DNA of 64,000 bases from Clytia hemisphaerica. Taxonomy: Eukaryota. The position numbers and the translations under genes are program-made. Below the pieces are notes generated by a model. The model saw nothing but the letters and a program-made list of their open reading frames with translations. It made no database searches and was not told where the DNA came from. Positions 23,908 through 35,593 of the stretch are shown here, one piece after another; position 1 is the stretch's first letter; each line of letters starts with the position of its first letter. Location: contig NW_027103286.1 of assembly GCF_902728285.1 (NCBI RefSeq), forward strand, positions 3,292,497 through 3,356,496, in the 5' to 3' direction.

Positions 23908-24055
23908 GTAAGTATTCATAACATCTTCCGAGCATAAGAAAACAAACAAAACTTTATTTTTGTTTTTTTCTCCTGTTTGTACCAGGGAAATGGTTTTACT
24001 GTGTTTTTAAAAACATTTTAAACGTTCATAATTTTCTTATTATTATTATTTTCAG

Positions 24056-24134
24056 ATTGGCGCCCCAGCCACCACCCTCGATGATTTCACAAATAGCCGA
24101 TTACGTTACTGGGATCGCTGGCATCAGCCAGTGA
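24056..24134 (+). CDS. Gene N terminal exon (GLAPQPPPSMISQIADYVTGIAGISQ*)
   Basis: Acceptor ttattttcag; stop TGA 24132-24134. Confidence 0.4.
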
Positions 24135-24610
24135 GCATCCTCAAACGTACACCATTAAGTATACGCATCAAATATTCAAAATGTCAAAAAAATAGTTTCA
24201 AACTTGTGTAAAAAGAAACATTTAGGCCTCAAAGCTCATTTTTGAGGGTATCGCTCGACAGGTTAAGGTTAAACGTTCTATGTCTAGTAAGGTGATAAGC
24301 TTTAATAGCGTAAACTTGAGTAAGACATAAGCCCTCAATGTCCTTCAAAAATTTTGAATATTTCGGTTTGAAGAAAAAAAGAGAGTAGGAGTGAATACCA
24401 TTGAATTCTTTTTCCGCCCTTAAACTCTTAGTACCACCAAAAAGCCCTCACTTTTTGAACTGGAATATTTAGAAATGATTTCCAACAAACTGATAACAAG
24501 TCTATCATTGATACAACAACATAGAACGCTTAACGTTAACCTTTCGAGGCTAGATCTTTGGAAGTGAGCTTTGACAAGTCTAAAACAAAAACAAAACAAA
24601 AATTGAGCTC
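24130..24610. repeat. Dispersed ~450 bp repeat family B (aaac.tttaggcctcaaagc..atttt.ga.ggt...ctttgacaagtctaaa); second copy at 31270-31730
   Basis: Extended collinear similarity between the two copies, read directly. Confidence 0.55.
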
Positions 24611-24639
24611 TCCGATTCATGACTCGCTACCTTTAAGAA

Positions 24640-24900
24640 CTTGTCCAACGTACACGTTTCTTATAAGAATATCCAAAAGTCTTCGGATGTTCTTAACCTT
24701 TTGAGTTTCATATAAGCCTAAAATGTTCTTAACATGTTCTAATTTTCACCATTTTGTGAGTATTTTAGTCCATTTTCTTAAGAAATTAGGTGTTTTAGAG
24801 ACTGCGAAGCCTTAAAATGTTCTTAAATTGCAGCTAATATTTTGGCCATAATAGCCTTACGTTCTTATATAGTTTGTTCTTATAAAAAACGCATATTTAT
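24640..24900 (+). repeat. Family A SINE/MITE-like copy
   Basis: Homology to 2720-2945. Confidence 0.5.
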
Positions 24901-25269
24901 GTGTCTTTTCGAATTCTTATCACTACAACCTGTTTTAGCTTGAGAGAATTCTACCTGGGGCTGTTCCATTTAACACATACATGGGGATGGACGAACCTTT
25001 TCAAGCTAAAAAAGATTCTCGAGAATGCGCCGATATCCCCTGGAAAAAAGGAAAATTTTGCTAAAAAACCATAGGAAAAAAAACCCTTGGAAAAATTCTC
25101 CTTTTGTCTCAAATTGGGGGGTGGACGAAGTAAAACCAGTCTTTTACACCCTGGAATGTATTTTAGAGTAACTTTAACCCCCTGAAAATTAGGTTGAGTC
25201 CCTTGAAATTACAAAAAATTTCCCTGACCCTTTGGATGAGTACACGTTTTTTTTATGAGGACATTCAAA

Positions 25270-25700
25270 AATTTGAAGCCTTTGGATGTTCTTACCATTT
25301 TCAGTTTTAAACCTAAGAACGTTCTTAGAGAGGCTCTATCTTACAATTCCTGCATTACTAAAAATAGACAAAAAGAACGACAAATTTCATATTTTGCCAT
25401 CCACAACCCCAACTGAAAGTGACTGTACCACCCCTTTCATTTGTTTTTGTTTATCACGGGAAATAACTACTTGTGGTCTAAAAGAACGACAAATTACGCA
25501 TGCGTGTTATTAATGCAGGAATTGTCAGTCGAACCCACTGTTACAATGTTTTTATTTTCACCGTTTTTGAGCATTTTTTGTTCATTTTCTTAAAAAGTTG
25601 GTTGTTTTTCAGTCCACAACGCCGTAAAATGTTCTTAGCTTCTTCTTAATATTTTGGTCATCGAATCCTTATGCTCTTATATAGTTTGTTCTTATAAAAA
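25270..25700 (+). repeat. Family A copy or copies (25270-25330 and 25545-25700), possibly interrupted
   Basis: Homology to 2720-2945, including the ttcttataaaaaaacgtgt terminus. Confidence 0.45.
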
Positions 25701-28099
25701 AACGTGTAATGAAACTTGCATTTCACACTTGGAAATGGGAAAAACGGGTAGACGATACTTCGTCATCCAAATATAAATTGGAATACCCAACACACTTCTA
25801 TAAGACTAAAATCTGCGGACAACCGAAATGCAGGCCAAATTTTTGCGGAACGACCATTTAGAGGGCGCGAAGCGCCCGAATAGGGAGTGTTGCATCCTTT
25901 CCTAGATCTGCTTGTGGCGTAAAAAAATCTGCACGAATTTTCGAAAATTAGAATTTTTTTTCCCGCTTCTTCCAGATGTCTGGGCCAAGGATTTTTTCTG
26001 CGTTTTATTTTTCAAAACAACAAAGATGGCTAGAAGACCAACGAGGACTTAAGTCAACAAAATTCTTCAGTTTTTGATATGTACATGCATTACTTTTGGA
26101 CCCTTTTTTCGCATTGAAATAATTTCTTGCTCAGAACTTCTTTCATTTTTTGTGAACATTTTGTTGGGTTTAGTCGAGCCGGTACTTTACAGAACGACTC
26201 TATTCTATCACGCTCAGACAAAATCAATTTCCTTCTGTAAGATTGAGTCAGTTATGATTAATTTACAGAACGATTAATACTCAAAAAACTATTTGACGTC
26301 AGATCAACATTCTGACGTCAAAAAGCTATGGTTACTATTGGAGATTCCAGAAATGCACACATTGCAAGGAGCGAACAAGCTAGAACAGCACCACACTTAC
26401 CAACTTACAACACGGAACAGACGTATTCTACAATCACGGAATAACACCTAACTATCAACATAAACCATACCCCAGTAACCGGTTAGGAATAAGCAAGCAA
26501 CACACCAAACACTGTACAGAAATTTGCAATCATGTTTTCTTACTTTTCATTCAAAACGGTTGAGGTATGTATTGTTCTCATTTTGTCGAACGATTCCGTC
26601 TATACAGCACCTGACCCCGAGAATGTAGGTGAAATTTGAATCAGACCTGTGAGATGTAGATTTGCATTTAAAAAAATATTGAATGTTTTAAACGAAATTT
26701 TGAACTCCCAAAATCCTTTCCCAGAGGTTAGTTTCATTACTTTTGATAGATAGGCTAATTTTTTTGGTCCTTGAAGTTGACTCCTATTTTCGTTATAACC
26801 CCCAGAATGTAGGTTTGGTTTTATGGCTTTAAATCTAGTAATAGTAAAATGTTGATATTTTTTTCGATTGAATTAATTATAACAGGAAATTTTAGAAATA
26901 TTTTATGCCAAAACAATATTCTAAAGAGCTTTTGTTATTCTGAAAATTGGATTTTTTCGCTTTTTAACCCCCAAATGTAGGTGAAAAGATTCGGTTGCTG
27001 AGAGCAAAATTTCAGTATTCATCGGAAATTTTTGTTCTGTATGTGAAATTCATACTTTAGAAATATACTCTGACAAAAAATTAACAAAGGTATTAATTTT
27101 ATCGTGCTACAAATGATGAAAAGTAAAAGAAAGGACGAAAAGAAGAGACAAGAAAGTTGTTTTTATTTTGTAGGTTGAAGATTCTGTGTTAAAATATGTG
27201 AATAATGTAACAACACCCCTGCCTCATAGAACTTTTCCCACATCGGGTCAAAAAATTTCTACTAAATTCCCAATGGGGATAGAAATTCTATTGTTCCAAA
27301 CTTAGGCAAATTTTCTGATTGGGCTGGGGTCCCAGCGGGTCTGGGACACGTTGTAAAAGCTTAAAATGCCAACATTAATCATCTCTCAGGTAATACTTTC
27401 ATGTTATGAAAGTACAACAAAAAAGTTTTATATAATTTGACAGACTTTTTATGTCGGGTTAAGAAGGCTCCCAAATTGTAGGTCAACTAACCCCAATAGG
27501 TAGGTCAAACATTTTCGTTAAAATATCTAACTTAGAACAATAAATATTGAAATGGACTATTTTCCACATTTTCTTAGTTCATTAGGAATAAGAAAATACC
27601 CTATCGTCATAACTTAATTCCAATAGATTTCGATTTAGAGAGGATTTATTTAAAAAATGTCTCAATTCGAGTAGTATCCAATCAACTTCGATTTAGATTT
27701 TCGCCTGAAAAAATCAATTCAAGTTAAAATTTTATGTCTAGAAATAATCAGTAATATGTAACAGTATGCTCTGAAACAACTTTTTATGAAGTTGAACTAT
27801 CGTTAGGGCTACCATGCTAAAAAATGAGAAACCTACATTCTCGGGGTTTACTACATTCTCGGGGTCAGGTGTTGTACCTTCATAATTCATACACACAGTA
27901 ATGTTATTCCAATACTTTTCAAAAATCTGATAAGAAATTATCTGACTCAAAAAATCATTTTAAAAATATAGGTAAAAAACGATTTAGCATGATACAAGCT
28001 TGTCGGGCGCCCTAAAATTACTTATACGGTGTTTTCTCGCTTATTTCGTAGGATAAACTCATTAGCCAAGAGCTGATCACTGAAAATAGTGAAAAACGA

Positions 28100-28563
28100 A
28101 TGAAAGAAGATGAAAGTAATTCGACATTGACAGCTAGTGGTAGCACATATACAAACAATTTAACTTTGAATGAAAGTGGAACCTCGAGAACGGGTAGCAC
28201 TTATTCGAGACATGAATGCTCGAAGGAGAATGTTATCTCAGGAACGGGGAGCAGATATTCACGTCATGAACGATCGAAGGAGACAGTTATCTCAAGAACC
28301 GGTAGCAGTTATGCAAGCCGTGGACATTTACAAGAGAGTGTTACCTCGAGAACCGCCAGCACCTATTCACGCCATGAACACCCGGAAGGTGTAGCCTCAA
28401 GAACGGGGAGCCCCTTTTCAAGTCACGATAGATTGAAGGAGAACGTTATCTCAAGAACAAATAGTGCCAATCCAAATGTCTCAGTTGTTGAGAGGAATGG
28501 GGAAGACGCCCTTGTGTCAGGGTCCAATGAGAGAGTGAATGGAAGTCAGATACTCTTTCATAG
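28100..28563 (+). CDS. Nested gene P exon 1: ATG, then ~17-aa Ser/Thr/Arg-rich tandem repeats (SRTGSxYSRHExSKExVI x5)
   Basis: ORF 28100..28585 with a periodic protein repeat; donor AG|GTATAT at 28564. Confidence 0.45.
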
Positions 28564-29087
28564 GTATATTATCTCTTCTTTTTGATATCCGATAACAGGT
28601 GTCTTTTATTGAGTCATCATTAACACATATTTCCAGAATCTATCTATCTATCTGTCTAGAAGATAACTTTATATATTTTCCGTCCTGTTTATTAGCAAAG
28701 ACACTAACGGATATCTTGCTTTAAGGGTTTTATTTTTACATATGTTTTCCCGTTTCATATCAGACATGTATTTAATACCAGGACAGTGTTTGCCTACTGT
28801 TATATTGTGCAAAAAATAGGTAAAAAATGTTTTTCTTTTCCTCTTTCTTTCTGATTAATCTTGCTCCACGTCCGTGTCAATTCAATATCAAAAAGCTTGT
28901 AAGTTAAAATTGATGAGTAAGCGAACGATATCACTCTTATTCAAAAACAAAACCTTTAATTAGCCAAATTATATGAGTAAAAATGTTAAACACCAAGAGA
29001 CGTTAGACTAGAGATACGATAGCGGTTGCTGAGAGGTAGTTGTTTATAGCATATTGCTTTTCTTGACTTAAATTCACTTTGTTACAG

Positions 29088-29246
29088 CCCAAAGAGCCAC
29101 AAAAACAAACAATTCACCGAAGCGATTACAAGTTTGACCGATACTGTTCTGGCTGCTGTGTTCATCTCCATATGGTTATTTGGAATGATTTTCTTGGTGT
29201 GCACACTGCTGTGCTGCACAAACCAAGCCATTGCTTCTTTCAACGG
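29088..29246 (+). CDS. Gene P exon 2 with a predicted TM helix (LTDTVLAAVFISIWLFGMIFLVCTLLCC)
   Basis: Acceptor tttgttacag, donor GG|GTAAGA; phase-consistent. Confidence 0.45.
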
Positions 29247-29506
29247 GTAAGAAGTTCTCTGAACTCAATTTTAACTGTCTACTGAAGGTTATAATGACGA
29301 GGTCTTTAAAAGAAGGAACCCTTTAAAATGTCCAAGGGCGTGAAAGGTTATAAATTGTTTTAAAATTTAACCACTCAGGCAAAAATCATGTCACTACTTC
29401 ATCCAAATTGACCAGAGAAAACTCTTGGAAAATCTTAAAAATTAATCAATTACGCTCGACTTGTTCATTTATTTCTAAGTACAATTTCTTGTATTCTTCA
29501 TTTCAG

Positions 29507-29554
29507 AGTGATTATCGCCAAAGATGGCCTTCCTACTAAAATTTATCATTACAT
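29507..29554 (+). CDS. Gene P exon 3 (GVIIAKDGLPTKIYHY)
   Basis: Acceptor tcatttcag, donor AT|GTGAGT. Confidence 0.35.
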
Positions 29555-29698
29555 GTGAGTCAACATTACTTTCGCTTTACACAAAAACAGCTCTCGAATC
29601 AACTTTCTATGCGTCTGAATGTCTGGGTTTCAAAGATCAAGAGTCCTTTCCCTAAAAGAATTGGTTACACAAAAGAACATCCAAATCTTCCTTCCTAA

Positions 29699-30361
29699 CA
29701 ACTCGGGTAAATTAATGCGTGTCCAAATTTTCGTTAATCTTTCGGACCCATCATCACCCCTCCTAACATAATAAATTATACCTTTAAAGAAGCGCATTAC
29801 GATGTAGAACATGAAAATCGGTGTTACTTAAATTTAGGTTTTGCCAATTTTGCGAAAGACCGCAAAAACCAAAAAATGCTGACGTCAGCAAAACTTCTTT
29901 TTTAAATAACTCCAGTTTGGCTAATGGTATGAATATGAAATTTGGACGAAAGTTGCACATCATTAAACGGATCATTTTGAAAAAAAAATTTTCGAAATTT
30001 TGCTGATGTCTGCACTTTATTACAAATTTTCGTAAATTGCTGATTTCTGCTGACGTCAGCAAAATTTGAAAAAAAAATTATGCAAAAATGTTTTTATTAA
30101 TGATATGCAACTTTCGTCCAATTTTCATGTTTATACCATTAGCCAAACTGGAGTTATTTAAAAAACAAGTCTTGCTGACGTTAGCATTTTTTGGTTTTTG
30201 CGGTTTTTCGTAAAATTGGCAAAACCTAAATCTAAGTAACACCGATTTTCATGTTCTACATCGTAATGCGCTTCTTTAAAGGTATAATTTATTATGCTAG
30301 GAGGGGTGATGATGGGTCCGAAAGATTAACGAAAATTTGGACACGCATTAATTTACCCGAG
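29699..30361. mobile_element. Foldback element: ~275 bp near-perfect inverted arms around a ~110 bp centre; arms carry GCTGACGTCAGCA (CRE-like palindrome) three times; lies in intron 3 of gene P
   Basis: 29699-29975 is the reverse complement of 30090-30361, read directly (caactcgggtaaattaatgcgtgtcc ... ggacacgcattaatttacccgag). Confidence 0.75.
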
Positions 30362-30664
30362 AATTATAACCAATATTTATTTAAGATTCTAACATTCGCT
30401 TTTCACTGAACAGCTCCACTTAGCACTTCCAGAACTTGGACAGTAGTCAAATCAATTTTTTTTTGAAACGGAAAAAAGATTTTACACAGCAAAGTAGAAT
30501 CTATTCTTGAGATTTTAGCGAATTATAATATATTTTGAGACGGAAAAGTCTTTTTGTAAGCTTCCCTGAGACAGAATAACTTTTGACACTGTAAAGACCT
30601 TAAACAGAGAAATTCACAAAAATCTTCCTTCTTGACAACAACTATCATCAATGGTTCATTTTAG

Positions 30665-30736
30665 GTATGGAAAACCCGAACCAACATGGTCGGAATACGT
30701 GTCATTGAATGTTCATTTGATGTTGGAACACATCAA
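30665..30736 (+). CDS. Gene P exon 4 (MYGKPEPTWSEYVSLNVHLMLEHI)
   Basis: Acceptor ttcattttag, donor AA|GTAAGT. Confidence 0.35.
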
Positions 30737-31095
30737 GTAAGTAAACACCTTCTTTCGTGAGGTATCTAGGTGAATCTCTTAGTCTTAGATCGGAAATAAA
30801 ACCACTTATTTCCCATCTGAAGCGTGTAACCAACGCAGGGTTGAAAGTAAAATGTATCCCTAGATTTTCTAAAACATGCCGTGTGAAAGAAAAAAAAATT
30901 AAAACGCTATATTCAATTTTTCGCTGTTTTTCATTCTAAATATGGCGCAAATCTTCAAGATTCACTTTTTCTTGCTTGACAAAGGTTAAAGATTGATCTA
31001 GCCATTTGAGCTTTAAACTCGATGGTATTGATTGTACTGTTTGTTGTCTTAGCGTTTGAGCGATTACTTAAACAAATATTTTATCTATTTAACAG

Positions 31096-31201
31096 ATCTG
31101 TATGTTTTAAAACACCACCACCGCCTCCCACGTTGTCCGCCCGTGTGGCCCGCTATTTCCAAGACCTGCTGGACCAGGCTTATGGAATTACCTCAGCATA
31201 G
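31096..31201 (+). CDS. Gene P terminal exon (KSVCFKTPPPPPTLSARVARYFQDLLDQAYGITSA*)
   Basis: Acceptor tatttaacag; stop TAG 31199-31201. Confidence 0.4.
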
Positions 31202-31269
31202 TCTTTAACAGACTACAAATCACTCAAAAAAATAATAAAATGTAAAATATAAAAAAAGTTTATAATGTC

Positions 31270-31730
31270 ATTAAAAAAGAAACTGTTTAGGCCTCAAAGC
31301 TTATTTTCGAAGGTTGAGCACAACAGTTTAAGGTTCTCAATGTTTTAAGGTGAAACTTCTTTTTCGCGCGACAATTTAGCATCAAAAAAGGAAAATAGCC
31401 CTCACATTCCTTGAGCGCCGAAAAAAAACAAATTAGCTTCTTTTTTATTTGGAAATCGACTTTTCTACCATTTTGAGATATTTTAGTTTGAAGAAGTGTG
31501 AAAAATTGAACACAATCAAATCCTTTCTCACTCTCTACAACATCAATAAAGCCCTCATTTTTCTAACTGGAATGTTTCGAATTGCAGTTTAGTTCATTTA
31601 CAAAGGAAAATAGAATCAGTTTTACCACCTTAACTAATAGAAGTTTCCCTTAAACATCTGAACGTTAAACTTTTGTGCTCAACACTCGAAAGTGAGCTTT
31701 GACAAGTCTAAACAAAAAATAGGAAAAGAT
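31270..31730. repeat. Family B dispersed repeat, second copy
   Basis: Homology to 24130-24610. Confidence 0.55.
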
Positions 31731-31809
31731 AAACTAATATCATTTCAATTCGATTTCTCCTCCCAAACCCGGTTACTATCTAAAGTTAAATAGAATAATT
31801 TTTACATAC

Positions 31810-31888
31810 CGATGTTTCGACAGGCGAATCCAATGTAATCTGGTACGGAAAACAATTTGGTTTCTGATGCAAAATTGCCATTTTCGTA
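31810..31888 (-). CDS. MVP: MVP exon 17 (YENGNFASETKLFSVPDYIGFACRNI); its 3' splice site is the seed of the adjacent minisatellite
   Basis: Acceptor ctttcag, donor G|GTATGT; matches ETAKLFSVPDFVGDACKAIA. Confidence 0.8.
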
Positions 31889-33497
31889 CTGAAAGAAAAG
31901 AGAAAGAGGTCAATTATTTGTATGAAATTGCCATTTTCATACTGAAAGAAAAGAGAAAGAGGTCAGTTATTTGTATGAAATTGCCATTTTCATACTGAAA
32001 GAAAAGAGAAAGAGGTCAGTTATTTGTATGAAATTGCCCATTTTCGTACTGAAAGAAAAGAGAAAGAAGGTCAGTTTATTTGTATGAAATTGCCATTTTC
32101 GTACTGAAAGAAAAGAGAAAGAGGTCAGTTATTTGTATGAAATTGCCATTTTCGTACTGAAAGAAAGAGAAAGAGGTCAATTATTTGTATGAATTGCCAT
32201 TTTCATACTGAAAGAAAAGAGAAAGAGGTCAGTTATTTGTATGAAATTGCCATTTTCGTACTGAAAGAAAAGAGAAAGAGGTCAGTTATTTGTATGAAAT
32301 TGCCATTTTCGTACTGAAAGAAAAGAGAAAGAGGTCAATTATTTGTATGAAATTGCCATTTTCGTACTGAAAGAAAGAGAAAGAGGTCAGTTATTGTATG
32401 AAATTGCCATTTTCGTACTGAACAAAAGAGAAAGAGGTCAATTATTGTATGAAATTGCCATTTTCATACTGAAAGAAAAGAGAAAGAGGTCAGTTATTTG
32501 TATGAAATTGCCATTTTCGTACTGAAAGAAAAGAGAAAGAGGTCAATTATTTGTATGAAATTGCCATTTTCATACTGAAAGAAAAGAGAAAGAGGTCAGT
32601 TATTTGTATGAAATTGCCATTTTCATACTGAAAGAAAGAGAAAGAGGTCAGTTATTTGTATGAAATTGCCATTTTCGTACTGAAAGAAAAGAGAAAGAGG
32701 TCAGTTATTTGTATGAAATTGCCATTTTCATACTGAAAGAAAAGAGAAAGAGGTCAGTTTTTGTATGAAATTGCCATTTTCGTACTGAAAGAAAAGAGAA
32801 AGAGGTCAGTTATTTGTATGAAATTGCCATTTTCGTACTGAAAGAAGAGAAAAGAGGTCAGTTATTTGTATGACATTGCCATTTTCATACTGAAAGAAAA
32901 GAGAAAGAGGTCAGTTATTTGTATGAAATTGCCATTTTCGTACTGAAAGAAAAGAGAAAGAGGTCAGTTATTTGTATGAAATTGCCATTTTCATACTGAA
33001 AGAAAAGAGAAAGAGGTCAGTTATTTGTATGAAATTGCCATTTTCGTACTGAAAGAAAAGAGAAAGAGGTCAGTTATTTGTATGAAATTGCCATTTTCGT
33101 ACTGAAAGAAAAGAGAAAGAGGTCAGTTATTTGTATAGAAATTGCCATTTCGTACTGAAAGAAAAGAGAAGAGGTCAATTATTTGTATGAAATTGCCATT
33201 TTCATACTGAAGAAAAGAGAAAGAGGTCAGTTTATTTGTATGAAATTGCCATTTTCGTACTGAAAGAAAGAGAAAGAGGTCAGTTTATTGTATGAAATTG
33301 CCATTTTCGTACTGAAAGAAAGAGAAAGAGGTCAGTATTTGTATGAAATTGCCATTTTCGTACTGAAAGAAAAGAGAAAGAGGTCAGTTATTTGTATGAA
33401 ATTGCCATTTTCATACTGAAAGAAAAGAGAAAGAGGTCAGTTATTTGTATGAAATTGCCATTTTCATACTGGAAGAAAAGAGAAAGAGGTCAGTTAT
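31861..33497. repeat. Minisatellite, about 30 copies of a ~52 bp unit (gaaattgccattttcgtactgaaagaaaagagaaagaggtcagttatttgtat); on the minus strand each unit is a polypyrimidine tract + CAG + the first 17 nt of MVP exon 17
   Basis: Periodicity read directly; the first unit overlaps the real exon 17 acceptor at 31888-31890. Confidence 0.9.
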
Positions 33498-33664
33498 TCT
33501 ATTTAGTCGGACACTTATATCAAGAATCAGAGCTTTGGTCTGGCCATTTTTTTGTCTGAGCTTCGGGCTGTTCTCGTATCAGCTTATATAAAGAACACGA
33601 CTTTGGTTCTCTTCGGCGAAGTAAAATTTTGGAAATAAGTTAATCGGGTAGTATAAGTACATAC

Positions 33665-33724
33665 ATCAAATTTATTGTTGGCAGCATATTTGATCTTCAA
33701 TCGTGCATGATCAAGTGTCTCCAC
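33665..33724 (-). CDS. MVP: MVP exon 16 (VETLDHARLKIKYAANNKFD)
   Basis: Acceptor caacag, donor GAT|GTATGT. Confidence 0.7.
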
Positions 33725-33871
33725 CTGTTGGGAATTGAAACAAAAGAATTTAAAGGTGAGTAACTATTAAACCCCAAAACAAGGAAGCTTGTTTACAACA
33801 ATGTAAACAATGTAGATAAGATAATTTGGGCAAGCGCTCCTCAGAGCTTTATCTAGCAACATCTGTTTTAC

Positions 33872-33951
33872 CTCAATGATGTCAGTGATATAGTCAGGAC
33901 CAAGCATGATTGCTAAAGATTTCAATGCGTTCTCTTTTTTTGGTTTGCCAG
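33872..33951 (-). CDS. MVP: MVP exon 15 (AGKPKKENALKSLAIMLGPDYITDIIE)
   Basis: Acceptor cttacag, donor GAG|GTAAAA; matches [20 protein letters not shown]. Confidence 0.75.
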
Positions 33952-34120
33952 CTGTAAGATATAAAGACAAAGAAATTATCATTATCTGATTTGACCTTTT
34001 GAAAAAGAGAAACCTTTTGTGAGTACGATAAACTTATACATGAAAGCAATGCGGTCGGGATTTTTTTTGTGGGCATATAAAAGTATTTAGGAAAGACAAG
34101 GGACAGAAGATAAAACCTAC

Positions 34121-34166
34121 CACTCAAACTCAAAACGTTGAATTCTTCTGAGGGCTCGAGCACAAC
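34121..34166 (-). CDS. MVP: MVP exon 14 (VVLEPSEEFNVLSLS)
   Basis: Acceptor aatttcag, donor G|GTAGGT. Confidence 0.65.
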
Positions 34167-34358
34167 CTGAAATTAGACAGGAACATAACAGCGTAATAAG
34201 TTAAAATGAGAAGTAAAAATTCTCATATTTATAATGGGAAGTTCATTGTAATGAATTAATCGTCAAGTTAACGAGTCAACGAAAGTTACGATAGATCTTT
34301 AAAAAATAAAGACGACTTTAATGATGATAAAGTATCCACAAATTGAAACACTCCTTAC

Positions 34359-34463
34359 CAAGTTTGGGCCAAAGACAACTCGACTGTCTTGTTTTCGATG
34401 GTCATATACTTGAACAGCTGAATTGGGTGGAACACGATAGGTGACAGTTCGTGTCTTGTCACG
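34359..34463 (-). CDS. MVP: MVP exon 13 ([35 protein letters not shown])
   Basis: Acceptor tttttcag, donor TTG|GTAAGG; matches [35 protein letters not shown]. Confidence 0.8.
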
Positions 34464-34653
34464 CTGAAAAAAACGAATCGGAGAATTAAGGAACTCATTG
34501 TCGTTTTTCTTTCTTGGCGATAGACATATTTAAGGGGTATGAATCTTTATTAACTTACATCTTAAAACATTTAGAAGAAAAAACCGCAAATTAATGAGTA
34601 ATAGGTAGAAATACAAAATGTTCCTTTCTGGATGAACGATAACGTGAACAAAC

Positions 34654-34738
34654 CTTTCCAGAAGCATAAGCATTGTCGACTGAAGATTCAAAGTAAGCCA
34701 TTTTTCGAATGTCTCCATCACCCCAGCATCCACCGTTC
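34654..34738 (-). CDS. MVP: MVP exon 12 (MNGGCWGDGDIRKMAYFESSVDNAYASGK), a variable linker region
   Basis: Acceptor ttttcag, donor AAG|GTTTGT; phase-consistent but weakly conserved. Confidence 0.55.
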
Positions 34739-34909
34739 CTGAAAATGAAAGCAAGGAATAATTATTAATAAGTTTAAGTGCAATAAAAAAGCAAGCAGAA
34801 ATTTGTGTTTCAAAAGTTATGGCCCTTTTAAGTACTACTGGTATCTTGACCCCTCTACTACAGTTTAGTCATAGTTGGCAGAGAACGTGTTAAAAATGAA
34901 ATTGCTTAC

Positions 34910-35004
34910 ATTAACATCTTTTCCACGATAGGTGATAACTCTTTCTTCCATAAGACTTCGAATTGGTTCAGTAAGCATGCTTGAGGTCCCATTACCGTAC
35001 GAAC
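34910..35004 (-). CDS. MVP: MVP exon 11 (VRTVMGPQACLLNQFEVLWKKELSPIVEKML)
   Basis: Acceptor ctccag, donor AT|GTAAGC; matches [30 protein letters not shown]. Confidence 0.75.
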
Positions 35005-35167
35005 CTGGAGATAAAGAAAATGATATTCTGGTGACTTGTGTCGTGCTGTGGCAAAGAAGAAGATATACTGATCTGATCTGATGACTTATCGTTGCACGGC
35101 TAGTTTTACAAGCTCAAGAAATTCGGTTTATCTGCAAGTTTTTGAGAAGTTCCCAAGGGTTCTTACC

Positions 35168-35228
35168 TCTCCAGTCTTTTCATTTTGAACGTAAATTCCT
35201 TCATTCTTTCCAAGTGCAATAGGTTTTC
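35168..35228 (-). CDS. MVP: MVP exon 10 (RKPIALGKNEGIYVQNEKTGE)
   Basis: Acceptor aaaacag, donor GAG|GTAAGA; matches ENEGIYVQDVKTGK. Confidence 0.75.
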
Positions 35229-35502
35229 TGTTTTAAACAAAATGAGCAAAGAATATCAATTTAACGTATCTACTACCACTTGCTTAGACAATGTTTTTAA
35301 ACAAAAGAAAGAACGACTTTCACTCCCTCCCTCAACGCGCGGGCATAAATTTGATGAAAAGTTTATTCTGCTTTATCAGCATAAGGGGAGCACCTGCTTT
35401 GTATAACATAAAAACTATATCTTTAAAATTTCCCAGTTGAAAAAAAGTATTTGGAAGCAAGCAAAACAGTTGGCTTAAAATAAATATTGAAAGGATTTCT
35501 AC

Positions 35503-35593
35503 CTGAGATTCTTTACTTCCACTTCGACAGGCGGTGTGTATACAACCGGCCCTTTGATCATCCAAACATCTCCAGGCTTTCGTTGGATGGGTT
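35503..35593 (-). CDS. MVP: MVP exon 9 ([30 protein letters not shown])
   Basis: Acceptor attttag, donor AG|GTAGAA; matches [23 protein letters not shown]. Confidence 0.7.

Noticed and set aside
28170-28394. ORF 28170..28394 (+)
   Set aside because: It is an alternative frame of gene P exon 1, whose chosen frame has the periodic S/T-rich repeat and ATG context.
31861-33497. CRISPR-like array (regular ~52-bp repeats)
   Set aside because: Units are contiguous with no unique spacers between them and there are no cas genes. It is a eukaryotic minisatellite derived from an exon-intron junction. The same applies to the 30-33-bp arrays at 7237-7340 and 7737-7935 and the 19-bp array at 58790-58925.
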